Below, piece after piece: positions 1 to 7,310 of a stretch of 64,000 nt of DNA. Source of the stretch: Candidatus Parcubacteria bacterium (GTDB taxonomy: Bacteria > Patescibacteriota > Patescibacteriia > Patescibacteriales > UBA12465). Below the pieces are notes generated by a model, which was not told the DNA's origin, ran no database searches, and saw only the letters and a program-made list of their open reading frames with translations. A program made the translations under genes and the position numbers. Each line of letters opens with the position of its first letter. The stretch's first letter is position 1. The DNA lies in NCBI GenBank assembly GCA_037076615.1, contig AP029158.1, positions 69,470-133,469 of the forward strand, in the 5' to 3' direction.

Positions 1-505
1 ATTGACCGCGTCCTAATAAAAACTTAGGACTTGAAGAGAGGTCCATAAAATCGTCCGATTCTTCAATTAGGCGGGTAGAGCAGGTTTTTCTAAAAGCCAT
101 TATTTCTACCAGGCAACCTTTATTATTCTGTAAGTAGGAAACTAGAGGTAGATAATCGCCATCACCAGAAACTAAAACAATGACATCCAACTTATCGGCC
201 AAGCGAATCGCATCTAAAGCGATGCCAACATCCCAATCGCCTTTTTTAGCGCCGCCGGCAAAAGTCTGCAAATCTTTCATTTTTACCTCAAAACCTTGCT
301 GGCTTAAAGCCTCAAAAAAATTCATCTCATCTTCGTTATCGCTTTTTATAACATAAGCAGTGGCCCGGATAAGCTTCCGGCCGGCCACTGCTTCGGTGAG
401 AATATTTTTGAAGTTGACGCGGCGATTGTAGAGATTTTTGGCGGAGTGGTACATGTTAGAAACATCGACCAGGATGCCAATTCTTTGTTCGGAGTGCTTA
501 ATCAT
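1..505 (-). CDS. NYN/LabA-like domain protein (C-terminus runs off the window edge)
   Basis: Own translation of the minus strand from ATG at 505-503 gives MIKHSEQRIGILVDVSNMYHSAKNLYNRRVNFKNIL...LDVIVLVSGDGDYLPLVSYLQNNKGCLVEIMAF. The GILVDxSN ... SGDGDY pattern is typical of NYN/LabA (DUF88) domains. It is absent from the ORF track because it is open at the window edge. Confidence 0.55.
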   Translation of the reverse strand, partial: MIKHSEQRIGILVDVSNMYHSAKNLYNRRVNFKNILTEAVAGRKLIRATAYVIKSDNEDEMNFFEALSQQGFEVKMKDLQTFAGGAKKGDWDVGIALDAIRLADKLDVIVLVSGDGDYLPLVSYLQNNKGCLVEIMAFRKTCSTRLIEESDDFMDLSSSPKFLLGRGQ

Positions 506-523
506 ATAGGGCCGCTTTTATTT

Positions 524-919
524 TTATTCTTCGTCTTCAAGATCGCTTAAATCCTTCGGTTCTTCTTCCGCCTCTTCTTCGTCATCGGTTTTGGCAGTAG
601 CGTAGCGATTTTGTTTTAACTTTTCTTCCTCCTCTTCAGCAATTAGCTTGTCGGCAATCTTTAACTTTAATTTTAAGGCTAATTCTTTAAACTGTTCCAC
701 ATCTTCTTTTTGCAAATATTTCAAGAATTTTCGACGCTCGCTAACTTTTTTTAATAAGCCGCGACGGGAAGAGTTGTCTTGTTTATGCTGTTTTAAGTGC
801 TCGGTTAATTGCTTGATTTCCTCAGTCAGGATAGCAATTTGCACTTGAGTGGAGCCGGTATCGTTTTCATGAACACGGTACTTTTTGATAATTTTTTCTT
901 TAGTCTTTTTATCTAACAT
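524..919 (-). CDS. rpsO: 30S ribosomal protein S15 with a ~44-aa acidic C-terminal extension
   Basis: The 131-aa ORF contains HENDTGSTQVQIAILTEEIKQLTEHLKQHKQDNSSRRGLLKKVSERRKFLKYL, the canonical S15 core. The tail is rich in D/E (DDEEEAEEEPKDLSDLEDEE). Confidence 0.9.
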   Translation of the reverse strand: MLDKKTKEKIIKKYRVHENDTGSTQVQIAILTEEIKQLTEHLKQHKQDNSSRRGLLKKVSERRKFLKYLQKEDVEQFKELALKLKLKIADKLIAEEEEEKLKQNRYATAKTDDEEEAEEEPKDLSDLEDEE

Positions 920-1005
920 AGATCAAGAATTAGGGCTTAACCCGAGAATGACGGCGACTAGTCGACGAATCCCAGCTTAAGTCCGTTTATAAATTATTAT
1001 TATTA

Positions 1006-1269
1006 TTATTTAGTAACTTTATTGGCGCGCTTCGCCAAGCGTGACTTGTGGCGCGCGGCGGTGTTCTTTTTGATAACACCCTTTTTGGCAGCTTTATCAA
1101 TCAATTTGCTAGCCAAAGAAAGGTTTTCAGCGCTAAGCTTTTCGCCAGCGGCAATCGCTTTGTTGCTGGTTTTAATTGCTTGTTTCATTACCTTCTTTAC
1201 TTTTTTGTTGTCCGCTTGACGCTTGACGTTTTTGCGCAATTCTTTTTCAGCCGATTTTTTATTAGGCAT
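1006..1269 (-). CDS. rpsT: 30S ribosomal protein S20
   Basis: The 87-aa basic ORF reads MPNKKSAEKELRKNVKRQADNKKVKKVMKQAIK...KGVIKKNTAARHKSRLAKR, which is the S20 pattern. The stop codon is followed by four more in-frame TAA codons. Confidence 0.9.
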   Translation of the reverse strand: MPNKKSAEKELRKNVKRQADNKKVKKVMKQAIKTSNKAIAAGEKLSAENLSLASKLIDKAAKKGVIKKNTAARHKSRLAKRANKVTK

Positions 1270-1457
1270 ATTTAGTGTAAAATTTTTATAATTTTTTAGT
1301 TTGTTTAAAACAAATGGATGTTATCAGGAATTTAAATAAAAATCAAGAGGGGCGGGGAGTTTTATTTAAAAAAATAATCTTTAAAAAATGGACTTTTTTC
1401 GTTATTTGGCTATAATAAACAGAAATAATTAATGATTTTCACTAATTTTATAATTGT

Positions 1458-3647
1458 ATGGCTTTAAGGGACAAGCTGGAAGGACTAACTCAAAAAATTA
1501 AGGTTGAAGAGCAGAAAAAAGAAAATCAAAAGAAGAATGAGGAATTAAAACCCCTGCGGGCAGTTATCAAAAAGCTTGAAAAGGAAAAGCTTGATCTAGA
1601 GATAATTAAGAATTCTTTGGATTTTAAAAAAAAGAGTACAAATGATGGTCTAGGAATGAAGGAATATGCTGATTTAACCGCCAAAGAGACCAAAGCGGCT
1701 AAAAAAGAATTAGAGGAGCTAAGTCAGGAAAATGAGGCGGCCTTAGAGTCCATAGGAGTGGAAACCATTGATGATTTAGTGTCCAGACCGGAATTTTCCG
1801 AAGATGAAGAGGTGGTTACTTATAAAAAAGCCAAAGAACAGGAAGAGGGTCTTAATTTTTCCGACGCCAAACTGAAAAGCCGTCTGGAATCTTTAGGTAT
1901 AAAAATGGAAGACGAGAGTTTTTCTTATGAGGCGGCTAGCGATGAGATTGGTCAACGCTTAGAAACTTTGGAGGCTGAGTTAATTGAGAATAAGTTGAAG
2001 ACACCAGAAGGATGTAAAGAAGTTATTGATAATTTAAGCCAGGAGTTTTCTAGAGAAATTAAAGATTTAGTTTGGGGAGGGAGCAGTTTTTTTGGCCAAA
2101 ATCTTGAGAATAAAAAGACCCCTTACTGTGCCTTGAAGATTGAAGAGCGTTTTTGTAACAATAATTTTACAGTTGAGTTTTTAGACGATGGCAAAGCCAA
2201 AGTTAATGGTATACAGTCCTTACATTTTCTTCCGGACAATTTTGCGAATAAGGTTAATAAGTATGGGCTAGAAGTGGCTACTGCCGCTCTAAAAGATAGT
2301 TATAAGCAAAAACTGGAAGCTGTTTTTATGGATTCTAATGGCCCCTCGGGGATGTATCAAAGATTTCAGACTGCGCTTGAAAAAGTTAATCCGGATAAGT
2401 ATCAAAAGGCGGCGGAATTTTTTCAGTCTTTTATAGAGAAGAAAAAAGAATTATTTAGTCTTTTGCAGTCAAAAACTAAAGAGCTTAAGGAGCGCTCTAT
2501 CGAGTTTAATCCCGTCAAGGCTTGTCATTACGGATTAGAATACAGTGAAATCTTTAAATTTTGCCAAGGAAACTTCGGTTATGTCGATGAGGAATACCTT
2601 TTGGAAGAAATTAGAGCTAAAAATGCTAAGCTTTTTCCTAGATATGATGCTGATTTGTTGATATCGGCTTCTAAGAAACGCCAAGATGAAATTGAGGAGG
2701 CGATTGAGGTAATCAAAAATATTAACACTCAAAAAGATGTTGATGAGTTTGACGTTGCTGGCCGTTTTTATGACCCAGGTACTTTTTCTAAAAATATCCA
2801 CTATTTTAGTAAACAAGTTCAGGACAACAAACTTGATAATCTTGAGTTAAAAATGCCAAATGAGTTGATAAGTTATCGTGAGCGAGAATTCTTGTCTAGT
2901 AAAAGGGGAAATTTTGATGAAGCTCTTCAATATGTTAATCACAATCTTGTTGTTAGCGAGGAGTTTAAATCAAGGATGGCGGAAAAATTAGAAGAAGTGG
3001 TTGAGTTGAATGTTATTGAAGATTTTGTTTTAAAAAATAAGCTTGGAGCCGGTCGCCGCCTAACTTCTTTAGACGGACTAAAGGATTATATTGAATCCGT
3101 GGAACGAGAAAAGGGGAATGCCTTAATCTTAGTGTCTGAGCTAGCCGATTTAAAAAATAAATTAGCCGCCGAAACAGAGATTTCTATTAGTTCGGGAACC
3201 GTCAAAAGCTTAGAAAAAACCCGAAATTATGAAAGGCTTCATAAAGAATTAGATGAAAAAGAAAAAGAAATTAGTGATAAGGAATCTGAGTTACGAATGA
3301 AAAGAAATAAAAAACCAGGGCTTTTTAAAAAAGAAAAATGGCAAACTGAAATTTCATCTTTAGAAGAGGGTTTAGAGAAAGCAAAACAAGAAAAAATCAC
3401 TCTCAAATCTGATTATGATAAAAATGTTAAAGAGGCTTATAATTATATAGACACTAAAAAATTATCTTGGTTTAGTGAAACCGAAAAGATGTTGGAAAAA
3501 TACAGAGCTACCGGAAAAGCCGGTGAAGTTTTTAAAGAGTTAGAAGATAAATTGCTGCTAGTGGCTAATAATGAAGCCCCAGACGATATTAAGCACTATT
3601 ATGATAAGCTCTCAGATTTATACAAAAAAATAAGAGGGGAGAAATAA
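1458..3647 (+). CDS. hypothetical K/E-rich coiled-coil protein (729 aa), no recognisable family
   Basis: This is a long uninterrupted ORF with heptad-like K/E/L composition. It has no signal peptide or TM segment. A hairpin terminator lies directly downstream. Confidence 0.6.
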   Translation: MALRDKLEGLTQKIKVEEQKKENQKKNEELKPLRAVIKKLEKEKLDLEIIKNSLDFKKKSTNDGLGMKEYADLTAKETKAAKKELEELSQENEAALESIGVETIDDLVSRPEFSEDEEVVTYKKAKEQEEGLNFSDAKLKSRLESLGIKMEDESFSYEAASDEIGQRLETLEAELIENKLKTPEGCKEVIDNLSQEFSREIKDLVWGGSSFFGQNLENKKTPYCALKIEERFCNNNFTVEFLDDGKAKVNGIQSLHFLPDNFANKVNKYGLEVATAALKDSYKQKLEAVFMDSNGPSGMYQRFQTALEKVNPDKYQKAAEFFQSFIEKKKELFSLLQSKTKELKERSIEFNPVKACHYGLEYSEIFKFCQGNFGYVDEEYLLEEIRAKNAKLFPRYDADLLISASKKRQDEIEEAIEVIKNINTQKDVDEFDVAGRFYDPGTFSKNIHYFSKQVQDNKLDNLELKMPNELISYREREFLSSKRGNFDEALQYVNHNLVVSEEFKSRMAEKLEEVVELNVIEDFVLKNKLGAGRRLTSLDGLKDYIESVEREKGNALILVSELADLKNKLAAETEISISSGTVKSLEKTRNYERLHKELDEKEKEISDKESELRMKRNKKPGLFKKEKWQTEISSLEEGLEKAKQEKITLKSDYDKNVKEAYNYIDTKKLSWFSETEKMLEKYRATGKAGEVFKELEDKLLLVANNEAPDDIKHYYDKLSDLYKKIRGEK

Positions 3648-3666
3648 AAATTTTTCAATAAAAAGA

Positions 3667-3694
3667 CACCGTCTTTTAGACGGTGGTTTTTTTT
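3667..3694 (+). terminator. rho-independent terminator of the 729-aa gene
   Basis: Stem caccgtc (3667-3673) pairs with gacggtg (3679-3685) around a 5-nt loop. It is followed by g plus T8 (3687-3694), 20 nt after the stop codon. Confidence 0.65.
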
Positions 3695-3697
3695 GTG

Positions 3698-3768
3698 TCG
3701 GGGTGCTGGGAATTGAACCCAGTCAACATGCTCCCAAAGCATGCGTACTACCGGTATACGACACCCCG
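3698..3768 (-). tRNA. tRNA-Pro (anticodon UGG)
   Basis: Hand-folded cloverleaf. Acceptor CGGGGTG/CACCCCG, anticodon arm CATGC-TTTGGGA-GCATG (UGG, G37), T-arm CTGGG-TTCAATT-CCCAG, discriminator A. No encoded CCA. Confidence 0.85.
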
Positions 3769-3801
3769 TTGTAAAAAAACTCGGAAACCGAGTTTTTTAT
3801 G

Positions 3802-3873
3802 TGCCCCGGGTCAGAATCGAACTGACGACACAAGGATTTTCAGTCCTTTGCTCTACCACTGAGCTACCGAGGC
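3802..3873 (-). tRNA. tRNA-Phe (anticodon GAA)
   Basis: Acceptor GCCTCGG/CCGGGGC (one G-U pair), D-arm GCTC-AGTGGTA-GAGC, anticodon arm AAGGA-CTGAAAA-TCCTT, T-arm GTCAG-TTCGATT-CTGAC, discriminator A. Confidence 0.9.
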
Positions 3874-3900
3874 GCTCTAAAATTTTTGTAAAAAAACTTG

Positions 3901-3973
3901 TTGCGGGGGTCGGATTCGAACCGACGACCTCCAGGTTATGGGCCTGGCGAGCTGCCAACTGCTCTACCCCGCG
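3901..3973 (-). tRNA. initiator tRNA-fMet (anticodon CAU)
   Basis: Sequence CGCGGGGTAGAGCAGTTGGCAGCTCGCCAGGCCCATAACCTGGAGGTCGTCGGTTCGAATCCGACCCCCGCAA. It has the C1-A72 mismatch and the A11:U24 pair, both initiator hallmarks. The anticodon loop is CCCAUAA, with C at position 33. Only two of the usual three G-C pairs close the anticodon stem. Confidence 0.85.
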
Positions 3974-4060
3974 ATCAAACCAAAATTAAATTTGGTTATT
4001 TTTTTTCTGCCTGCCAGCTTAAACACTGATTGGCCAATTCGTCTTTTTGACAGATAAAAG

Positions 4061-4134
4061 TGGGCAATGGAGGACTCGAACCTCCGACCTCAACATTATC
4101 AGTGTTGCGCTCTAACCAACTGAGCTAATTGCCC
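4061..4134 (-). tRNA. tRNA-Ile (anticodon GAU)
   Basis: Acceptor GGGCAAT/ATTGCCC, D-arm GCTC-AGTTGGTTA-GAGC, anticodon arm CAACA-CTGATAA-TGTTG, T-arm GGAGG-TTCGAGT-CCTCC, discriminator A. Confidence 0.9.
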
Positions 4135-4175
4135 AAAAATTAACTAAAACAAAAATTAGCCGGAAGGCTCTCTTG

Positions 4176-4204
4176 AATATAACAAACAAGCTTTAAAAAC
4201 GCAA
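4176..4204 (-). promoter_or_regulatory. candidate sigma70-type promoter for the tRNA Ile-fMet-Phe-Pro cluster
   Basis: The minus strand reads TTGCGT (4204-4199), a 17-nt spacer, then TATATT (4181-4176), about 40 nt upstream of the tRNA-Ile 5' end. Confidence 0.4.
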
Positions 4205-4221
4205 GACTTTAAAAAGTTTAA

Positions 4222-5205
4222 TTAGTCCTTAAAGCCGCCAACAAATAAATGTAAAGAGCTTTTTAGATCCCCCATTCCCGTTTTATTATTAAAATCCAGG
4301 GTGATTAAATAGTCTAGGGATTTCTTCAGATCTTGGTCGGAAAAAAGTCGCGCCTGGCTAGAGCTTTTTTTGATGACAAAGGGGTGTAGGCCGGTTTTTT
4401 GTCCAATTGCGGTCGGGCTTAAATTCTCTAAGGTCGCACTTTTTAACTGCTGCATAATTTTAAATTGCCGAATGAGCATACTTAAAATATATTCCTCACT
4501 TAAGCCGGCTTTAAATTGCTCTTCTAATAAGCTTAAAGCTTTTTTACTCTGCCGGGCTGCGACCGCGTCCGTCAAAGCAAAAATATTTTGTTCGTAAGTA
4601 TCGGTAACGGTTTCTTTAACTAATTTTAAGTCAATTTTTCCTTGAGCAGGTAAGGAGAAGGCTAGCTTATGCGCTTCGGCGTGCAGACGCCACAAATCCG
4701 ATCCGGTGCGCGCGAGCAGTTCTTGGGCCGCGGCCGGGTCAATTTTTCTTTCCCAGCCCTTAACTAAGCTTTGGGCTAGAGCCAAAATTTTTGGCGAGGT
4801 TAGGGGCTTGAATTCTTGGGTTAATGGTTGCTTTTTTAACCAAGCTAAAAGTGCCTTTTTTTCTGAGCTCGGCTTACCGCCGCTTAAAGCACCCTCATTA
4901 AAAACAATAATATTTTGCTCTTCTGGTGCGCCTTTCTCCCAGGCCGGCAAAAGCTTAAGCAGGCTGCCAAAAAGAGTGGTTTGATTTTTATTGCTCATCA
5001 AATCGCGAATAATAATCAAACGGCGGCGCACAAACAAGGAGCCGGTGCTGATTTTTTCACTGAGCTCTTTTAGGTTGGTTGTGGCGCCATCAATAGTGAT
5101 TAGGCTTTGGGCACTACTATCAACCGTCTTGATAAAATGTTCCCGCAATTCCTGTAATTTTTGGTAACGCCGAAAAGAATCGGGGCCGTATAAAAAAATA
5201 ATCAT
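4222..5205 (-). CDS. holA: DNA polymerase III delta subunit (HolA-like)
   Basis: 327 aa. The N-terminus MIIFLYGPDSFRRYQKLQEL and the overall length and helical C-terminal half are typical of delta subunits. The ATGA overlap with murI suggests an operon. The call rests on pattern recognition only. Confidence 0.6.
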   Translation of the reverse strand: MIIFLYGPDSFRRYQKLQELREHFIKTVDSSAQSLITIDGATTNLKELSEKISTGSLFVRRRLIIIRDLMSNKNQTTLFGSLLKLLPAWEKGAPEEQNIIVFNEGALSGGKPSSEKKALLAWLKKQPLTQEFKPLTSPKILALAQSLVKGWERKIDPAAAQELLARTGSDLWRLHAEAHKLAFSLPAQGKIDLKLVKETVTDTYEQNIFALTDAVAARQSKKALSLLEEQFKAGLSEEYILSMLIRQFKIMQQLKSATLENLSPTAIGQKTGLHPFVIKKSSSQARLFSDQDLKKSLDYLITLDFNNKTGMGDLKSSLHLFVGGFKD

Positions 5206-6038
5206 AAATTAACTAATTCTAAATTAGGCAAGTCTTGGCCTAAAAATTTTTCCGCTTGCTGAGCAAAAGAAGCGGGGGCGTCAGTCACGTAATAGCGACG
5301 CGCGGAGCTTTTAGTGTCTAAATTTAGCTCCGGGTGGCGTTTTAAGTACTGGGCTAAGGAGTCGGCGATAATCATTCCTGGATTATAAACTAAAATCCCG
5401 GGACCGAGAAGTTCACTGATTACGGGCTCTAAATAAGGGTAGTGGGTGCAGGCTAAAATTAAGCTATCAATTCCAGCCTGTTTTAAAGGGGTTAAATAAC
5501 TGGCCAAAATTAAACGCGTTTCCGGCGTGTCTAAGCGCCCCTCTTCCACTAAAGGCACCAGTAGTGGAGTTGCTTTAGCACTAGTTTTTAAGCCCGGTTT
5601 TAAAACTTCTAATTCTTGCGGATAGGCTTGAGAATTAATGGTCGCGGTAGTGCCGATAATCCCTAAATGTTTGGCGTCTGAGGAGGCGACCGCTTCTACT
5701 AAGGGCTTAATTACTCCTAAAACTCGCCGCTCCGGGTAATTTTTCGGCAGCCATTCTTGCTGCAGCCGCCTTAGCGCTTGAGAGGAGGCGGTATTACAAG
5801 CAATAATTATTAACTGACAACCCTGCTTAAATAAAAAATCAACCGCTTCAACTGTGTAGGTGAAAATAGTTTCCGCGGAGCGCTCACCGTAGGGAACACG
5901 CGCCGTATCCCCTAAATAAAAATAAGAATACTCCGGCAGTTTTTCTAATAAAGCGCGTAAGACCGACAGGCCGCCTAAACCGGAATCAAACATGCCAATA
6001 GCGGCAGGAGTTAAATTTTTATTTTTGCGCTCGGACAT
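5202..6038 (-). CDS. murI: glutamate racemase
   Basis: Motifs present: GMFDSGLGGLSV, IIACNTASS and LILACTHYPYL (the two catalytic Cys motifs). I place the start at the internal ATG 6038 (MSERKNKN...), because the longer track ORF (to 6242) runs through the 3' end of murD. Confidence 0.85.
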   Translation of the reverse strand: MSERKNKNLTPAAIGMFDSGLGGLSVLRALLEKLPEYSYFYLGDTARVPYGERSAETIFTYTVEAVDFLFKQGCQLIIIACNTASSQALRRLQQEWLPKNYPERRVLGVIKPLVEAVASSDAKHLGIIGTTATINSQAYPQELEVLKPGLKTSAKATPLLVPLVEEGRLDTPETRLILASYLTPLKQAGIDSLILACTHYPYLEPVISELLGPGILVYNPGMIIADSLAQYLKRHPELNLDTKSSARRYYVTDAPASFAQQAEKFLGQDLPNLELVNL

Positions 6039-7305
6039 ATTTTTGGAATAAGTCGCCGCGCTCTTTATAGTTTTTAAATAAACCGAAACTAGCGCAAGCT
6101 GTTGATAATAAGACCGCACCACCGCTAGTGGCGGCGGCACTCGCTTGGCTAACAGCTTGAGACATACTGTTGGCATGGTGAATTTTTTTGGCAGACAGGC
6201 CGGACGCGAGTAAGTCTTTTTTAAGTCGCGGTGTCGCGGCACCCTTTAAAAGAATCACAAAAGAGGCCTGTTTTTTAACGGTTTTAGCGAGAGCCTTAAA
6301 ATCAGCCCCTTTGTCAGCACCACCTAAAATAATTACCGCTCCCGGAAAAGATTCTAAATCGGCCATCGTGCTTTCCGGGGTCGTGGAAAAACTATTATCG
6401 TAATAAGCAACCCCTTTTTTGACCGCTACTAATTCTAACCGGTGTGGTAAGCCTTTAAAATTGGCGACCGCTTTTTTTATCGTTTCCGTAGGTATTTTTA
6501 AATAGCGCCCGACGGCTACTGCCGCCGCGACATTTTCCTTGTTAAATTCGCCGGCTAACAAGCTCGGATAATCGCAAGTCTCAAAAAATCTCAATCGCCC
6601 AGAAATTTTTTTAGCGCTTAATTTATTTTTTAACTTTTGAGGAATCCAAAAATGTTTATTTTCCGAGTGGCGGGCAATATTTAATTTAGCCTCGATATAA
6701 GAATTAGAGCTTTTATGGTAATTGGGGTTATTAGGATCGGCCGGCTCTAAGTGCTCTTTGAATAAATTAGTTAAAACAGCATAGCGGGGGCTACGCTTTA
6801 AGTCTTCCAGTTGAAAACTTGAGAGTTCTAATATCACCCAGGAATCTTTAGTTAATTTTCCCAAAAAAGAAAAAGGGGCGACACCGATATTGCCGCCTAA
6901 GAAAACTGGGCGCCGGTCGGCTTTTAAAATTGCAGTAATCAAACTGGCGGTGGTCCCTTTACCCTTGCTGCCGGTGACGCCAATAATATTTTTTGTCGGA
7001 GTTAACTCCAAAAATAAATTCATCGCACTACTAATAGTCACCCCTTTTTTTTGAGCTGCTTTTATCTCTGGAAGAAAAAGAGGCGCACCCGGGGAACGAA
7101 AGACAATATCAAAGGAGTTTAAATTTTTTAAATAATTTTTACCGCTCTGCCAAGCAACCTTGGTCGATAATTTTTCTGGTTGCGGATGTGGATCTAAAAT
7201 CGTATAGGTGGCGGCTAATTTTTGTTTTTTAAACCACGCCAATAAGGCTTGGTTTTCCAAACCGTAACCTAAAAAAGCAATTTTTTTTCCGGTCAAATCA
7301 GACAT
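6019..7305 (-). CDS. murD: UDP-N-acetylmuramoylalanine--D-glutamate ligase
   Basis: 428 aa. It has an N-terminal Rossmann-like KIAFLGYGLENQAL, the Mur ligase P-loop GVTGSKGKGTTA, and GGNIGVAP. It sits adjacent to murI. Confidence 0.85.
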   Translation of the reverse strand: MSDLTGKKIAFLGYGLENQALLAWFKKQKLAATYTILDPHPQPEKLSTKVAWQSGKNYLKNLNSFDIVFRSPGAPLFLPEIKAAQKKGVTISSAMNLFLELTPTKNIIGVTGSKGKGTTASLITAILKADRRPVFLGGNIGVAPFSFLGKLTKDSWVILELSSFQLEDLKRSPRYAVLTNLFKEHLEPADPNNPNYHKSSNSYIEAKLNIARHSENKHFWIPQKLKNKLSAKKISGRLRFFETCDYPSLLAGEFNKENVAAAVAVGRYLKIPTETIKKAVANFKGLPHRLELVAVKKGVAYYDNSFSTTPESTMADLESFPGAVIILGGADKGADFKALAKTVKKQASFVILLKGAATPRLKKDLLASGLSAKKIHHANSMSQAVSQASAAATSGGAVLLSTACASFGLFKNYKERGDLFQKYVRAQK

Positions 7306-7310
7306 AGTTT

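Noticed and set aside
920-1005. Possible structured rpsO leader (S15 autoregulatory element) between rpsT and rpsO
   Set aside because: Some complementarity exists (gggcttaa / ttaagtcc, and the cgactagtcg palindrome). However, I could not build a convincing pseudoknot or three-way junction by hand, so the evidence is insufficient.
3773-3798. A/T-flanked hairpins between tRNA genes (aaaaaaactcgg-aaa-ccgagtttttt at 3773-3798; aaccaaa-attaaa-tttggtt + T8 at 3978-4006)
   Set aside because: They look like bidirectional terminators. Full termination there would orphan the downstream tRNAs, which have no room for their own promoters. They are more likely processing or partial-termination spacers, and I cannot decide from sequence alone.
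3741-3989. 82-aa plus-strand ORF in the supplied track
   Set aside because: It runs antisense across three well-folding tRNA genes (Pro, Phe, fMet). Its 'protein' is just the complement of tRNA sequence.
6039-6242. N-terminal 68-aa extension of the murI ORF (track start at 6242)
   Set aside because: The extension lies entirely inside the 3' end of murD in another frame and has no MurI-like sequence. The conserved MurI N-terminus begins just after the internal ATG at 6038.
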